The notes under the pieces are model-generated. The model was not told the DNA's origin, searched no databases, and saw nothing but the letters and a program-made list of their open reading frames with translations. Below, piece after piece: positions 1 through 10,038 of a DNA stretch of 64,000 nucleotides. The number at the start of each line of letters is the position of its first letter. Positions within the stretch are counted from its first letter, which is position 1. A program made the position numbers and the translations under genes. Source of the stretch: an uncultured Candidatus Saccharibacteria bacterium (GTDB lineage: Bacteria > Patescibacteriota > Minisyncoccia > Phycocordibacterales > JACOZG01); contig OZ246403.1 of the NCBI GenBank assembly GCA_965230925.1, forward strand, positions 330,455-394,454. Direction: 5' to 3'.

Positions 1-21
1 AACAGTTACTTGTTCTTCCAT
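1..21 (-). CDS. rplL: Probable N-terminus of 50S ribosomal protein L7/L12 (partial, runs off window)
   Basis: ATG at 21 reading MEEQVTV, 3 nt after the rplJ stop; identity inferred only from the conserved rplJ-rplL order. Confidence 0.55.
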
Positions 22-24
22 AAT

Positions 25-528
25 TTAATTAGTTACCTCCCGCTTTTTGGCGATTTCGCTCAAAGCGACCGCCAAACCAGCAATAGGAGAATTGATAAGA
101 TTCACAAACTGACCATACAACACTTCGCGAGGGGGCACCGCCGCAATTTGGGCGATTTTCTCAGCATTCACGTATTCACCTTGGAAGATACCGCCGAGGA
201 TTTTGATCCCCTCTTTGACCTTCTTTTGGAATTCGTGCACCCCTTTTGCTGGAGCAATAAGATCAGCACCTGTCGCGAGCGCCACCTCACCGTCGAGACT
301 TGGAATTTCTCCTTTCAGTTTACTTGAAAGACCACCCAAAGCTCGGCGAATCAAGGTCTTCTTTGCCACAAGATAGCCCACCTTCATCGCCTCAAGCGAG
401 CGGCGTAATTCGTTTACCGCATTCACCGAAAGGCCGTGGAAGTTCACAAAAACCACGGTCTCTGCGGCCGCCAAGCGTTCATTCACTTTCTCTAAGATTA
501 CAACCTTTTTTTGTTTACTAATTGCCAT
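25..528 (-). CDS. rplJ: 50S ribosomal protein L10
   Basis: MAISKQKK start, FHGLSVNAVNELRRSL, VAKKTLIRRAL, GGIFQG and PPREVLYGQFVNLINSPI are typical of uL10; start moved from 657 to ATG 528. Confidence 0.95.
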   Translation of the reverse strand: MAISKQKKVVILEKVNERLAAAETVVFVNFHGLSVNAVNELRRSLEAMKVGYLVAKKTLIRRALGGLSSKLKGEIPSLDGEVALATGADLIAPAKGVHEFQKKVKEGIKILGGIFQGEYVNAEKIAQIAAVPPREVLYGQFVNLINSPIAGLAVALSEIAKKREVTN

Positions 529-540
529 AAAAACAAAATA

Positions 541-625
541 AAAACGGCTAAAAGCCGGTTCGACCACCTCGGCAGGATTTATCCACCAATCCAATGGGCG
601 GACCTGCTGTCTTCGGCTTATGGTC
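541..625 (-). promoter_or_regulatory. L10 leader (rplJ-rplL autoregulatory RNA)
   Basis: Minus strand reads CCGAAGACAGCAGG...CCTGCCGAGG, the hallmark core of the L10 leader, directly upstream of rplJ. Confidence 0.8.
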
Positions 626-787
626 AGAGAGTATATAAAACTTGTGCCAGAAGTCAACCTCTCGCCTAGAGAGCGTCGTACAAGCTAATTAAGTAAATCC
701 CCACGATACCCAGAATCACGATCAGAATAAATCCTGCCGTCATCCTCCAAAAATCGTTGTTGGGGTTAGAAATATTGTTCATAAAAA

Positions 788-1705
788 TTATCGGCCAAAT
801 AGCCAGCCCAAAAATCTTTGCCACCAACCCAGCTTCTTTGGTAACACGAGCGGCTCTGGTTCGACCTGTGGCAAGGCAGGAACTGTTTCCACCACTACCG
901 CCGCCTGAGTGGTTGCCTCAACCGTCAATTCTTCTACTTCCTTCTCTTTTTCTTTAGCTTTGGCCACAAGGAGCCTATCTTTCTCTGCCACTTCTGCCCG
1001 GAGGCGGTTCAACTCTTTCAACACCTCTGGTGTAATGGTCGGAACCGGAACAAGAGGTTGGGCAGGCACCGGGGGTGGTGTTACTGCAGCAATGGTGTTA
1101 AGTACAGGAGTTTTTGTCGTGGTCTTCGGTGTTTCTTTTTGTTTTTCCTTTTTCTTTACCTCCTTTTCGTCTTCATCCTCGTCATTTTCCTCCTCATCAG
1201 CCCCTTCCTCGTCCTCATCTTGGTCGTCGTCTACCTCCTCTTCTTCCTCATTCTCATCATCACCTTCCTCTTCGTCATCATCTTCTATCTCCTCCTCTGC
1301 TTCATCTTCTTCACCCACAGTAATGTCCTGTGAAGCTGACCAAGATTCACCTGTATCGCGAATCGTCACCGTCACCGTAATTTCATGTTCCCCTTCATCA
1401 CTGTCTCGGTAATAGAAATTACGTTTAGCCGAGTTCTTTGCCATTACAAGTGACACTGGGTTCCCCTGATCGTTTAGAAACTCCCCTGTGTCAGAATCAG
1501 AAGAAAATTCCACATCCGCCGTGCTGCCAATATTCTCCCCCGTACCCGCAGAATTCTGGGTCTGCACACTCATAATCTCCGAGAGTTGCCCCGCTTCCAC
1601 CGTTCTTTCTGGGGTCACAAACACCAAGTCATCAATATTTGCCGTTTCGGCGTAAGCAAGGCTAGCGAGGAGAAAAAGGCTGGTGAATAGAAACTTTTTA
1701 ATCAT
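788..1705 (-). CDS. Secreted protein with Ig-like N-domain, long D/E-rich tract and amphipathic C-terminal helix
   Basis: Signal peptide ending LAYA, beta-rich domain, ~45-aa acidic run, C-terminal GWWQRFLGWLFGR. Confidence 0.7.
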   Translation of the reverse strand: MIKKFLFTSLFLLASLAYAETANIDDLVFVTPERTVEAGQLSEIMSVQTQNSAGTGENIGSTADVEFSSDSDTGEFLNDQGNPVSLVMAKNSAKRNFYYRDSDEGEHEITVTVTIRDTGESWSASQDITVGEEDEAEEEIEDDDEEEGDDENEEEEEVDDDQDEDEEGADEEENDEDEDEKEVKKKEKQKETPKTTTKTPVLNTIAAVTPPPVPAQPLVPVPTITPEVLKELNRLRAEVAEKDRLLVAKAKEKEKEVEELTVEATTQAAVVVETVPALPQVEPEPLVLPKKLGWWQRFLGWLFGR

Positions 1706-1708
1706 CGC

Positions 1709-2668
1709 TTAATAACTTAACTGATCAACAATTTTACCATTTTGATCATAAAGGGTGATAGTCTCTCGACTATCGTCCCACAATTCCCAACTTTGACCCA
1801 AGTAAACCCGCCACTCATCGGTATAGAAATCAGGATCAGCGTGGTGACGCAAGACACAGGCATTGTAGTTAAAAACCTCGGTCACAAATTCGCGACAAGC
1901 TCGCGGCACATCTTTTAATCCGCCAAAGTAGAGCTCATCATCGACTTCTTTCTCTTCTGGCAATTCACACCGACCAAGCCGACGAACAAAATCATAACAC
2001 TTATCGTCGAGCAAATTGAGATCAACCTCCGTTTCAGGGTTGGGGCAAGATCCTCTGAGTGCCGGTTTAAATTTATCTTGATAATGTTTTAGCTCGCCCA
2101 AATAACCACTACAACGATTAACCTGGAAGCTGGTAGAGATAGGGTACGGATTCCGCTCCGGCAAGCGGCCGGTTACCACAATCGCTTTACCCCGCGAGTC
2201 GAGCACAATGGGTTCTACAGGCCAATTATCTTCTCCACCAATGAAAAGCTTTTTCCCATAAGGAATATAAGCTGAGCCAGAGATCCAAGAAGCGGAGCGA
2301 CTGCTCGCCAATTGCCAATTGGTAATCGTCACCGGCTCATTGGCGCGAGAGGTAATGGTAATGTATTCAAAACCAGGCCGATACTCCGACGCCGCATTCC
2401 CTCGACCGAGTTCCACTTTTTCAGACCAGGGCGAATAAAACTCAGGATTCAATTCCGGGTCCGCATTAGTAGAGCGATTCAAATAGGTGCGATCTCGAAA
2501 GGAGGCACGCTCAGTCTCGCGAGAAGCTGGTTCATATGGGCGATTGAGAAAAAGGCTTCGATTTCCCCCATCTTGCAAACCGCCGGTCGCAAACCACAAG
2601 ACACCCAACACAACCACAATGGCCACCAGCCACAAGAAGTCCCCTTTGCCCGTACTTTCCCAAGACAT
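1709..2668 (-). CDS. Membrane-anchored Cys-rich hypothetical protein (lamin-tail-domain-like)
   Basis: N-terminal TM helix; EYITI..ANEPVTITNWQL and WDDSRETITLYDQNGKIVD resemble LTD motifs; TGTTAGAAT 6 nt before ATG 2668. Confidence 0.65.
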   Translation of the reverse strand: MSWESTGKGDFLWLVAIVVVLGVLWFATGGLQDGGNRSLFLNRPYEPASRETERASFRDRTYLNRSTNADPELNPEFYSPWSEKVELGRGNAASEYRPGFEYITITSRANEPVTITNWQLASSRSASWISGSAYIPYGKKLFIGGEDNWPVEPIVLDSRGKAIVVTGRLPERNPYPISTSFQVNRCSGYLGELKHYQDKFKPALRGSCPNPETEVDLNLLDDKCYDFVRRLGRCELPEEKEVDDELYFGGLKDVPRACREFVTEVFNYNACVLRHHADPDFYTDEWRVYLGQSWELWDDSRETITLYDQNGKIVDQLSY

Positions 2669-2696
2669 CACAATATTCTAACAATTTTTTAGACAC

Positions 2697-2728
2697 ACAA
2701 AAACTCCCCCAATTGGGGGAGTTTTTGT
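2697..2728. terminator. Intrinsic terminator after the large surface protein gene
   Basis: Perfect 32-bp palindrome ACAAAAACTCCCCCAATTGGGGGAGTTTTTGT. Confidence 0.85.
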
Positions 2729-2765
2729 TAGCTATTCGCCGGTGGCGAACACAAGTTAGCTAAAT

Positions 2766-5015
2766 TTAGTTCTGGATCAAGCTAATGGTACTGGTCTTGA
2801 AGTCGCCCATATCGAAACGGTAAACCGTATCGTGGACATCTCCACTATCAGTATCCCAGCTAATACCACGCAAGCGAACACCCATTTGGATGTCTGCGCC
2901 AGCAGGACCAATGTTGATCTTCAGAGTACAACGACGAGTGTCATTCTCTGGGATCTCAAACGACTTGTTCGTAGAACTTGTCGTTACGTCGTTAGCCTCA
3001 ACACCAGCACACTCTAGAACCGTCAATGGCAAACTACCAGTGGTTGTGGTGGCGGTTGAATCGGTTGTAGTACCCCACAAAACACCCGAGTTTGCGGTTT
3101 CAGCTGTTGGTCCCGAAGAGAGAGCGCTAGCGGTAGTAGAAGCCACCACAGCACCGTCGATGAAGACATCATCACCGAATGAAGTAACGTCAAAGACGAT
3201 CTGGTAAATACCAGTGTCATCACCACCAGAGAACCCAGCGGCCTGACCATCAGTGTCGGCATCAGACGAAACGAATTCAACGTTAATACCAATATCATAC
3301 ACAGCATGAGCATCACTAGAAGTGTTGGCACTACCTGTAACACGGGTATCAGACAACACTTCACCAGACTCATCTTCTACGCTCCAACCAGCAGTGTCAT
3401 CGGTCGAATCTTCACTGATAAACACTGCGAGGGTAGCGCCTTCGAGAGCACCGTCGGCCACAGAGTTGAAGCTGACCTTAATCTCAGCGTCCACTTCTTC
3501 ACCAGCAGCCAAGTCGTAATCGATATCATCGAAGAGCCAACCCTTAGTGGTGGTATCGTCAGCGGAGGTAATAGTTTCACCAGTAGCCACTTCTGTACCA
3601 TCAATCCACAAAGTTATATCTTTTATCAGATCATCCACATCATCAACGGCTGTTCCGTTAGCAGCAACCGTGGAGCTAGCAGACATCCGCTCGATCACAA
3701 GATCTGAATCACCTTCCGCCTCAAGAGTGAAGGAAAGAACTGAAACATCATCAGTATCATCAGAGGCATGGATGTCAATAACATGAGGATCATTAATCTC
3801 ATCGTCACCCTCATCAATCTTCAGCTCTGCGTTAGCAGCAGAAGCAAAGGTGCCGAAATTAAACGATCGTGTATCACCAGAACCAATGTCGCCGGTTGAG
3901 GTGTCAGTTACAGAAGCGCCTTGAGCATCCTTAAAGCGAACACTTTCGGCTTGAACCAACCAGATATCATTGTCTTCATCCGAGCTAATGTTGTTAACAG
4001 CTGTAACAGCCACAACGAGCTCAGCATTCTCCTCACCAGCCTGGATTATGGCACCAGAATCGAGGGAAATGGTTCGGTCATAGTTGTTGTCATCATTGAA
4101 CTGATCAGCATCAATGCGGGCAACCTCTTCACCGTTAAACCAAATCGAAACCTCGGTGATGTAATCCTCTAGGTCAGAAGAACCAACACCAGTGCTTGGA
4201 TCGAAATCAAGACGAACTGCGGTAATTTCAAGATCTGACCCTTCGTCAGCATCGAGGTCCAGACCAAAGACTTCTACGTCTTCAGACCCCTCACCAACTT
4301 CTTCGCTGTTCAGGCCTGAAACGAAGTCAGCATCGTCAATCGAACCAGCGCCGCCTGTCAAAGTACCAGGGGTGGTGTTACCACCAGTCGTACCAGAAGG
4401 CATGCAGTTATTTGAGAGCAAATTGCCGTTCGGGCAAGTAGGACCAGAAGAGGAAACTGGCATACAGTTATTGGAGAGCGGATTGCCGTTCGGGCAAAGC
4501 GTTCCAGTACCTGTTGAAGGAGGCATCGTTGTGCCACCGCCAGTTGTTCCGCCAGCCATCGCGCTCAAATTAGCGCGGGTCAGAGGACCGAAGTAACCAG
4601 AAGCCGGGCTAATCCCCGCGCTCGCCTGGTACATCTTCAGAGCCGTTTCGGTCAAAGGACCGAAGGTCATAGTCTCCATACCCATGGAACCAGGGCCGGT
4701 TGCGGCTACTGGGAAGCCATGGCTATTGAGCCAAACCTGAAGACATTTCACATCCTCACCGGTTGAACCGATGGTGAGATCACGAGTAAAGGAGCAGCCG
4801 CCAGTCATTGCCGGCATGCCACCAGTGGTACCGGTACCACCAACCATCTGGAGTAACTGTTGCATCAATGCTGGATTGTTGGACAGAAGATTGAGCAAAG
4901 CAGTTGCATCCGGAACCTGAGCACTGACAGCACCCGGAAGGGTGAAGCCGATGACCAGAGCAAGCATCAGACCAAGAGCCACTTTCGCAGCTGTTTGGTT
5001 AAAGAATTTTATCAT
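2766..5015 (-). CDS. Large acidic surface protein with peptidoglycan-binding domain (S-layer-like)
   Basis: Signal peptide; CSFTRDLTIGSTGEDVKCLQVWLN...FGPLT...GYFGPLTRA PG-binding motif; two CPNGNxLSNNCMP repeats; acidic beta-rich body. Confidence 0.8.
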   Translation of the reverse strand: MIKFFNQTAAKVALGLMLALVIGFTLPGAVSAQVPDATALLNLLSNNPALMQQLLQMVGGTGTTGGMPAMTGGCSFTRDLTIGSTGEDVKCLQVWLNSHGFPVAATGPGSMGMETMTFGPLTETALKMYQASAGISPASGYFGPLTRANLSAMAGGTTGGGTTMPPSTGTGTLCPNGNPLSNNCMPVSSSGPTCPNGNLLSNNCMPSGTTGGNTTPGTLTGGAGSIDDADFVSGLNSEEVGEGSEDVEVFGLDLDADEGSDLEITAVRLDFDPSTGVGSSDLEDYITEVSIWFNGEEVARIDADQFNDDNNYDRTISLDSGAIIQAGEENAELVVAVTAVNNISSDEDNDIWLVQAESVRFKDAQGASVTDTSTGDIGSGDTRSFNFGTFASAANAELKIDEGDDEINDPHVIDIHASDDTDDVSVLSFTLEAEGDSDLVIERMSASSTVAANGTAVDDVDDLIKDITLWIDGTEVATGETITSADDTTTKGWLFDDIDYDLAAGEEVDAEIKVSFNSVADGALEGATLAVFISEDSTDDTAGWSVEDESGEVLSDTRVTGSANTSSDAHAVYDIGINVEFVSSDADTDGQAAGFSGGDDTGIYQIVFDVTSFGDDVFIDGAVVASTTASALSSGPTAETANSGVLWGTTTDSTATTTTGSLPLTVLECAGVEANDVTTSSTNKSFEIPENDTRRCTLKINIGPAGADIQMGVRLRGISWDTDSGDVHDTVYRFDMGDFKTSTISLIQN

Positions 5016-5252
5016 CTTAATTTTAATTATTACTAAACCTAACTAATATCTAATCTAGTAATTTATTCTGCAATTATTGATTGCCGGAACCTCGACAAAG
5101 CGCCGGCGATTGCAAAATGACTTACCGTTTTCTAAATTCCTTCCACTCCAAGTCAAGGAGCGGAAGGCCTTTAGCAAGTTAATGCCTCTGTATATCTATT
5201 TACTTGTCAAAGTTCGTTCATTCCACCAGTAAAGAATTACTGCGTCGCAACA

Positions 5253-5281
5253 AGTATATTATTTAGCGGTCGTAGCTGCAA
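5253..5281 (-). promoter_or_regulatory. Sigma70 promoter of the surface protein gene
   Basis: TTGCAG-17 nt-TATACT on the minus strand; perfect DnaA box TTATCCACA at 5291-5299. Confidence 0.6.
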
Positions 5282-5351
5282 AAACACCAATGTGGATAAG
5301 TAAATTCCACTTGTTGCGAGTCTACTTATATAGCGTATAGAGACCCCGAAG

Positions 5352-6080
5352 TCAACTTGACGCCTCATCTAAAATATAGCGGCTCCACCGCCGATCCCCT
5401 TCACGTTTTACCCTCCCTTTGGCCAAAAGAGCATTGAGTTCTCTTTGTACTGTTTTAGTACTCACGGTGGGTAAAGCCTGGGCAATTTCCTTAATAGAAA
5501 GCCAATCTTTACCGGTCATGGCTTGAACAATAGCGCTTTGCCGATCATCATTTTTTTGATTCTGACCCTGCTCTTTCTTGGGTGACTGAGAAAACATAAG
5601 AACCTCTCTTTTGAGCTCAACAAAATCACCCTTTTTACTCTCTTCTCGAGGAAGAAGTCCGGGATCCAAAGGTGCTTCTGGTAAAGCTAAAAAGGGAGTT
5701 TGCCCCCTCAATTGTTGGGCCAAATTCAAATACTCGTTTTTTAAAACCTCCAAATTCATGGAAGAAACTGCTGCCTGTGATCGACCAAGGTTTAGAAGAG
5801 TGGTTAGTTCTTCCAAAATTCTGAAAAACATCTCGGACACTACTGGCACCTGAACACCAGACTGATTGGACCAAGCACTAATCACAGAAAGGAGTTTAAG
5901 AGACAATTTACGAAGTCTCCACTTCAGCGGTTCATTATCGTTGAGTGAATTTGTTATTAAATAGAGGGCTGAAGTAAGCTTATCGGTCTTCAAAGAGACA
6001 AATTTTACTAGGTCATTCTTGTCTTTAATCACCTGTCCCTGACCCTGAAAATACTTGTCCTTAATGGACCTATCGGACAT
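5352..6080 (-). CDS. Putative transcriptional regulator: helical N-domain plus C-terminal DeoR-like winged HTH
   Basis: C-terminal LSIKEIAQALPTVSTKTVQRELNALLAKGRVKREGDRRWSRY; probable start MSDRS at 6080. Confidence 0.75.
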   Translation of the reverse strand: MSDRSIKDKYFQGQGQVIKDKNDLVKFVSLKTDKLTSALYLITNSLNDNEPLKWRLRKLSLKLLSVISAWSNQSGVQVPVVSEMFFRILEELTTLLNLGRSQAAVSSMNLEVLKNEYLNLAQQLRGQTPFLALPEAPLDPGLLPREESKKGDFVELKREVLMFSQSPKKEQGQNQKNDDRQSAIVQAMTGKDWLSIKEIAQALPTVSTKTVQRELNALLAKGRVKREGDRRWSRYILDEASS

Positions 6081-6151
6081 GAGTCTGATTATATATGGGA
6101 CAAAGCATATGTCTAGATATCTGCGCCATAATCGTGTGGTATAATCCGCTC

Positions 6152-8335
6152 GTGGCAAGAAAAACGGAGAAACAACCAGAAAAAGAGTCTGTGAGCTTTG
6201 TGGCCAATATTAAAGAAGAGACTAAGCACGGCGTTTTAGCAATTATCTTTTTTGCTCTCGCTCTGTTTTTTATCTTAGCGTGGCTTAACTATGCTGGTTT
6301 AGCCGGACGAATGATACATCAAGCCCTAAGCCGAGTAGTAGGAATTGGTTTCTTTCTCTTTCCTTTAATCACCGTTTTGTTCGGGGTCTCGTTTCTAAAG
6401 TCAATTCGGCCTAATTTTGTGAAAAGCCGCCTCGTAGGCGGCCTAGTCTTCTTCTTGGCCCTACTCGGTATTATTGGGGTTGTAACCACAGATAACGGCG
6501 GAGGAGGTTGGGCAGGAAAGGCAATTTCTGTGGTTTTTCTTAAAATTTTTGACTTCTACATTAGCCTCATTTTCCTGGCGGCCATTGGTTTAGCGGGTTT
6601 TCTAGTAATGTTTGATACTCGCTTCTCTCTTGAGCGTAGTTTCTTTGGTTGGAATCCGTTTAGGAAAAAAAGTGAAATGGCTCCAGGTGAGATACCTCAA
6701 GGATTAACCACGCCCCTTCCCTTACCCGAGGTGGTAGAAACAAAAGTCCCCGAACCAGCCCCCGCAGAGAAAAACGAGCGAACAAACGGGAACGTGGAAG
6801 AAAAACAAGCTGGCCTCAGTAAAGAAATTAATTGGGGTAGGGCGCGCAAACAACAAGCCTTCTCTCCGCCACCCCTATCTCTCCTAGAGAACGACCGCGG
6901 TAAACCTGCTGGCGGTGACATTAAGGCCAATGCCAATATCATCAAACGCACCTTGGCCAACTTTGGCATTGTGGTGGAAATGGACGAAGTTACTATTGGC
7001 CCCTCAATTACCCGCTATGCTCTCAAGCCAGCTGAAGGGGTTAAGCTTTCTCGCATTCTAGCTCTGCAAAATGATTTGTCTTTGGCCCTTGCGGCTCACC
7101 CTATCCGTATTGAAGCCCCAATCCCTGGAAAATCTTTGGTGGGCATTGAGATACCAAATAGTAGTAAGGCAACAGTCGGTCTTGCTTCTCTTGTCGGTAG
7201 TCAAGAATTTATTGAATCCCCTCACCCTCTCCTTGTTTCTCTGGGTCGAGGCATCACTGGAGCTGGCCAATTTGCCAACCTGGCCAAGTCCCCTCACATT
7301 CTGATTGCGGGAGCTACTGGGTCTGGAAAATCAGTGGTCATCCACACTTTCATCACCTCACTTCTGTATCGCAATCCGCCAGACCTTCTTCGTTTTCTCA
7401 TGATTGACCCAAAACGGGTTGAGCTCACGGTTTATAATCAAATTCCCCATCTTCTTACTCCCGTGGTCACCGAAGCCAAAAAAGCCATTATGGTTCTTCG
7501 CTGGGCGATTAAAGAAATGGAACGGCGGTACCAAGTGCTAGAGAAATCACAAGTGCGCGATATTGGCTCCTACCATCGCGGTCTCGCTGAAGGAGAAATT
7601 AAACCCGCCGAGGGTTCAGAGGCAGAAAAGATGCCCTACATTGTCATTATTATCGACGAATTGGCCGACATTATGTCGAGCTTCCCTCGCGAACTGGAGG
7701 CAGCCATTGTCCGCCTCGCCCAAATGTCCCGCGCCGTGGGTATTCACCTGGTACTCTCCACCCAACGGCCATCAGTGGAGGTCATTACAGGTATTATTAA
7801 AGCAAATGTCCCTTCTCGCTTAGCCCTACAAGTTGCCTCACAAATTGACTCTCGAACTATTATTGATATGGCTGGGGCAGAAAAACTACTTGGAGCTGGT
7901 GACTTATTGTACTTAGGGGGCGAAATGTCTAAACCCCTTCGTCTTCAATCCGCCTTTATCTCCGAATCCGAGGTAAAAAAGGTGGTTAGTTATCTCGCTA
8001 AAAAATACGAGGAAGAACTTGGGGAAGACCTTCTTCTAGCTGACGCAGAAAAAGAAAACCAAAATGGCGGCGTTGCTATTGATCTTACCGCCGGCGAGGA
8101 TGAGGAAAGCGATCCTCTATATGCTCAAGCCGTGGAAACTATTCGTCAAAGCGGCAAAGCCTCGACCACCTATCTTCAAAGAAAGCTGGGTGTCGGTTAT
8201 GCTCGCGCGGCACGCCTGATGGATCTCCTCGAAGAACGTGGGGTTGTGGGCCGTGGCGAAGGAGCCAAGGCACGAGAAATTTATTTAGCTGAATCTCCCA
8301 CAACACCAGAAAATAATAACAATGACGCGAGTTAA
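6152..8335 (+). CDS. ftsK: DNA translocase FtsK/SpoIIIE
   Basis: N-terminal TM helices, RIEAPIPGK, GATGSGKS Walker A, IIIDELAD Walker B, C-terminal gamma domain (GYARAARLMD); GTG start 6 nt after TGGTATAAT. Confidence 0.95.
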   Translation: MARKTEKQPEKESVSFVANIKEETKHGVLAIIFFALALFFILAWLNYAGLAGRMIHQALSRVVGIGFFLFPLITVLFGVSFLKSIRPNFVKSRLVGGLVFFLALLGIIGVVTTDNGGGGWAGKAISVVFLKIFDFYISLIFLAAIGLAGFLVMFDTRFSLERSFFGWNPFRKKSEMAPGEIPQGLTTPLPLPEVVETKVPEPAPAEKNERTNGNVEEKQAGLSKEINWGRARKQQAFSPPPLSLLENDRGKPAGGDIKANANIIKRTLANFGIVVEMDEVTIGPSITRYALKPAEGVKLSRILALQNDLSLALAAHPIRIEAPIPGKSLVGIEIPNSSKATVGLASLVGSQEFIESPHPLLVSLGRGITGAGQFANLAKSPHILIAGATGSGKSVVIHTFITSLLYRNPPDLLRFLMIDPKRVELTVYNQIPHLLTPVVTEAKKAIMVLRWAIKEMERRYQVLEKSQVRDIGSYHRGLAEGEIKPAEGSEAEKMPYIVIIIDELADIMSSFPRELEAAIVRLAQMSRAVGIHLVLSTQRPSVEVITGIIKANVPSRLALQVASQIDSRTIIDMAGAEKLLGAGDLLYLGGEMSKPLRLQSAFISESEVKKVVSYLAKKYEEELGEDLLLADAEKENQNGGVAIDLTAGEDEESDPLYAQAVETIRQSGKASTTYLQRKLGVGYARAARLMDLLEERGVVGRGEGAKAREIYLAESPTTPENNNNDAS

Positions 8336-8663
8336 ACCACCCCGCTTTTGGCTAACCATTCTCTTCTTTGTCGGCCTTTTGGGCTATGGCGCTTACCAAG
8401 CTCGCAATGTGGCCCGAGGACCTCAGCTTCAAATTAATGAACCAGAAAATGGTCTTGTAGCTGAAGATGATTTAATTCACGTGCGCGGAAACGCCGCCAA
8501 TATTAGCCGTCTTTACCTCAACGGACGACAAATTTTCTCAGACAACATGGGTCGATTTGACGAAGAAGTGCTCCTCGCCTACGGTTACAATGTGTTGGAA
8601 GTCCGAGCTGAAGATCAGTTTGGTCGAGAGACACAAAAGTCGATTAGTCTAATATTAAAATAA
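8322..8663 (+). CDS. Membrane-anchored Ig-like domain protein
   Basis: TM helix followed by GPQLQINEP...GYNVLEVRAEDQFGR beta-sandwich. Confidence 0.7.
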   Translation: MTRVKPPRFWLTILFFVGLLGYGAYQARNVARGPQLQINEPENGLVAEDDLIHVRGNAANISRLYLNGRQIFSDNMGRFDEEVLLAYGYNVLEVRAEDQFGRETQKSISLILK

Positions 8664-8675
8664 TATTTTTAATCT

Positions 8676-9701
8676 ATGGTCAAAAAAGTAAAGGAAGAAA
8701 AAATTTCTGGTAGCGGGATCGAAGACACGATTAAGTCGATTGAAAGTAAGTTTGGCGAAGGCTCAATTATGAAACTCGGCGAGAAGCCGAAGGTTGGCGT
8801 GGGCGCTATCCCCACCGGCTCCGTTGGTCTTGATCTAGCTCTCGGTATTGGCGGTATGCCTCGAGGCAGAATTATCGAAATTTACGGTCCGGAATCTTCT
8901 GGCAAGACCACGCTTGCCCTCCATGTGGTAGCTGGGGCTCAAGCGGCTGGGGGTATTTGCGCCTTCATTGACGCAGAACACGCTCTAGACCCTGATTATT
9001 CGCGTAAAATTGGGGTAAAAACTGAAGAATTGCTCATTTCCCAACCAGATTATGGCGAACAGGCGCTCGAAATCGCTGAAAGTCTTATCCGCTCAGGAAA
9101 AATCGACGTAATAGTTGTCGACTCGGTTGCGGCTCTTACCCCAAAAGATGAAATTGAGGGTGACGTGGGAGCTTATCATGTGGGCAAACAAGCGCGCCTC
9201 ATGAGCCAAGCTCTGCGAAAAATGACTGCAATTGTCGCCAAATCAAAAACCGTGGTGATCTTTATTAACCAAATTAGGATGCAAATTGGCGTGATGTTCG
9301 GTAACCCGGAAACCACACCAGGAGGCAAGGCACTCAAATTTTATTCATCTGTCCGGCTCGACATTCGCCGCATTGCCCAAATTAAAAAAGGTGAGGACGT
9401 GGTGGGCAGTCGCGTCCGCGTGAAAGTGGTAAAAAACAAAGTGGCCGCACCATTTAAGGTGGCCGAATTTGACGTTCTCTACAATGAAGGAATTTCTCCT
9501 GAGGGGGAAATTATTGCCCTCGCCGAAAAATACAAAATTATCACTAAGTCTGGTTCAGCTTACAGTTACGGTTCAGAAAAACTCGGCCGTGGTTACGACG
9601 CCACCCGCCAACTCCTTAAGGAAAAACCCGAGCTCAAAGAAGACCTCTTAGAGAAAATTAAAGAAAAAACCGCCGCTGAGGAAAGCGGGGTGGAAGAATA
9701 G
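8676..9701 (+). CDS. recA: Recombinase RecA
   Basis: [36 protein letters not shown]. Confidence 0.98.
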   Translation: MVKKVKEEKISGSGIEDTIKSIESKFGEGSIMKLGEKPKVGVGAIPTGSVGLDLALGIGGMPRGRIIEIYGPESSGKTTLALHVVAGAQAAGGICAFIDAEHALDPDYSRKIGVKTEELLISQPDYGEQALEIAESLIRSGKIDVIVVDSVAALTPKDEIEGDVGAYHVGKQARLMSQALRKMTAIVAKSKTVVIFINQIRMQIGVMFGNPETTPGGKALKFYSSVRLDIRRIAQIKKGEDVVGSRVRVKVVKNKVAAPFKVAEFDVLYNEGISPEGEIIALAEKYKIITKSGSAYSYGSEKLGRGYDATRQLLKEKPELKEDLLEKIKEKTAAEESGVEE

Positions 9702-9702
9702 T

Positions 9703-10038
9703 TTACCCAAGCACTCGGCGATAAATTGAGAGAAAGCTGCGAATTCCGTCTCGGCCAAGCCACACACCAGCTATGGCCAAAGCGAGAACAAGACCTTGAA
9801 CAATAAGTTCTGTGTCCCAAAAAGCCCTTAAGGCGTAGGCTGAAGCGGGAACAAAATCATTCGGGATATTAACCCAAATAGCCTGAACCGAAACCAAGGT
9901 TAGCAGAAAACAAAAGGCGCCGGCCGAGAGACCGAGGCGCCATAGGGCTGGCTTCCACAGACGACGAAAAAACCAAATCAAGTAGACGCGTCGCATCACT
10001 CGCGAATTGATGCGACTAAGCAGAATAGACTGGTTCAT
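9703..10038 (-). CDS. Small membrane protein, putative anti-sigma factor
   Basis: Two TM segments; overlaps the 3' end of the ECF sigma gene. Confidence 0.55.
   Translation of the reverse strand: MNQSILLSRINSRVMRRVYLIWFFRRLWKPALWRLGLSAGAFCFLLTLVSVQAIWVNIPNDFVPASAYALRAFWDTELIVQGLVLALAIAGVWLGRDGIRSFLSIYRRVLG

Noticed and set aside
529-657. N-terminal extensions from the ORF track (rplJ, ftsK, argS, glyA, thyX, 59498 and others)
   Set aside because: They run through leader or -10 elements or overlap upstream genes; downstream starts fit family N-termini better
909-1412. Plus-strand Ser/Phe-rich ORFs (also 38963-39247 and similar)
   Set aside because: Antisense shadows of acidic low-complexity coding tracts
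5291-5299. Replication origin
   Set aside because: Only isolated DnaA boxes; no cluster, no dnaA/dnaN, and no switch in gene orientation
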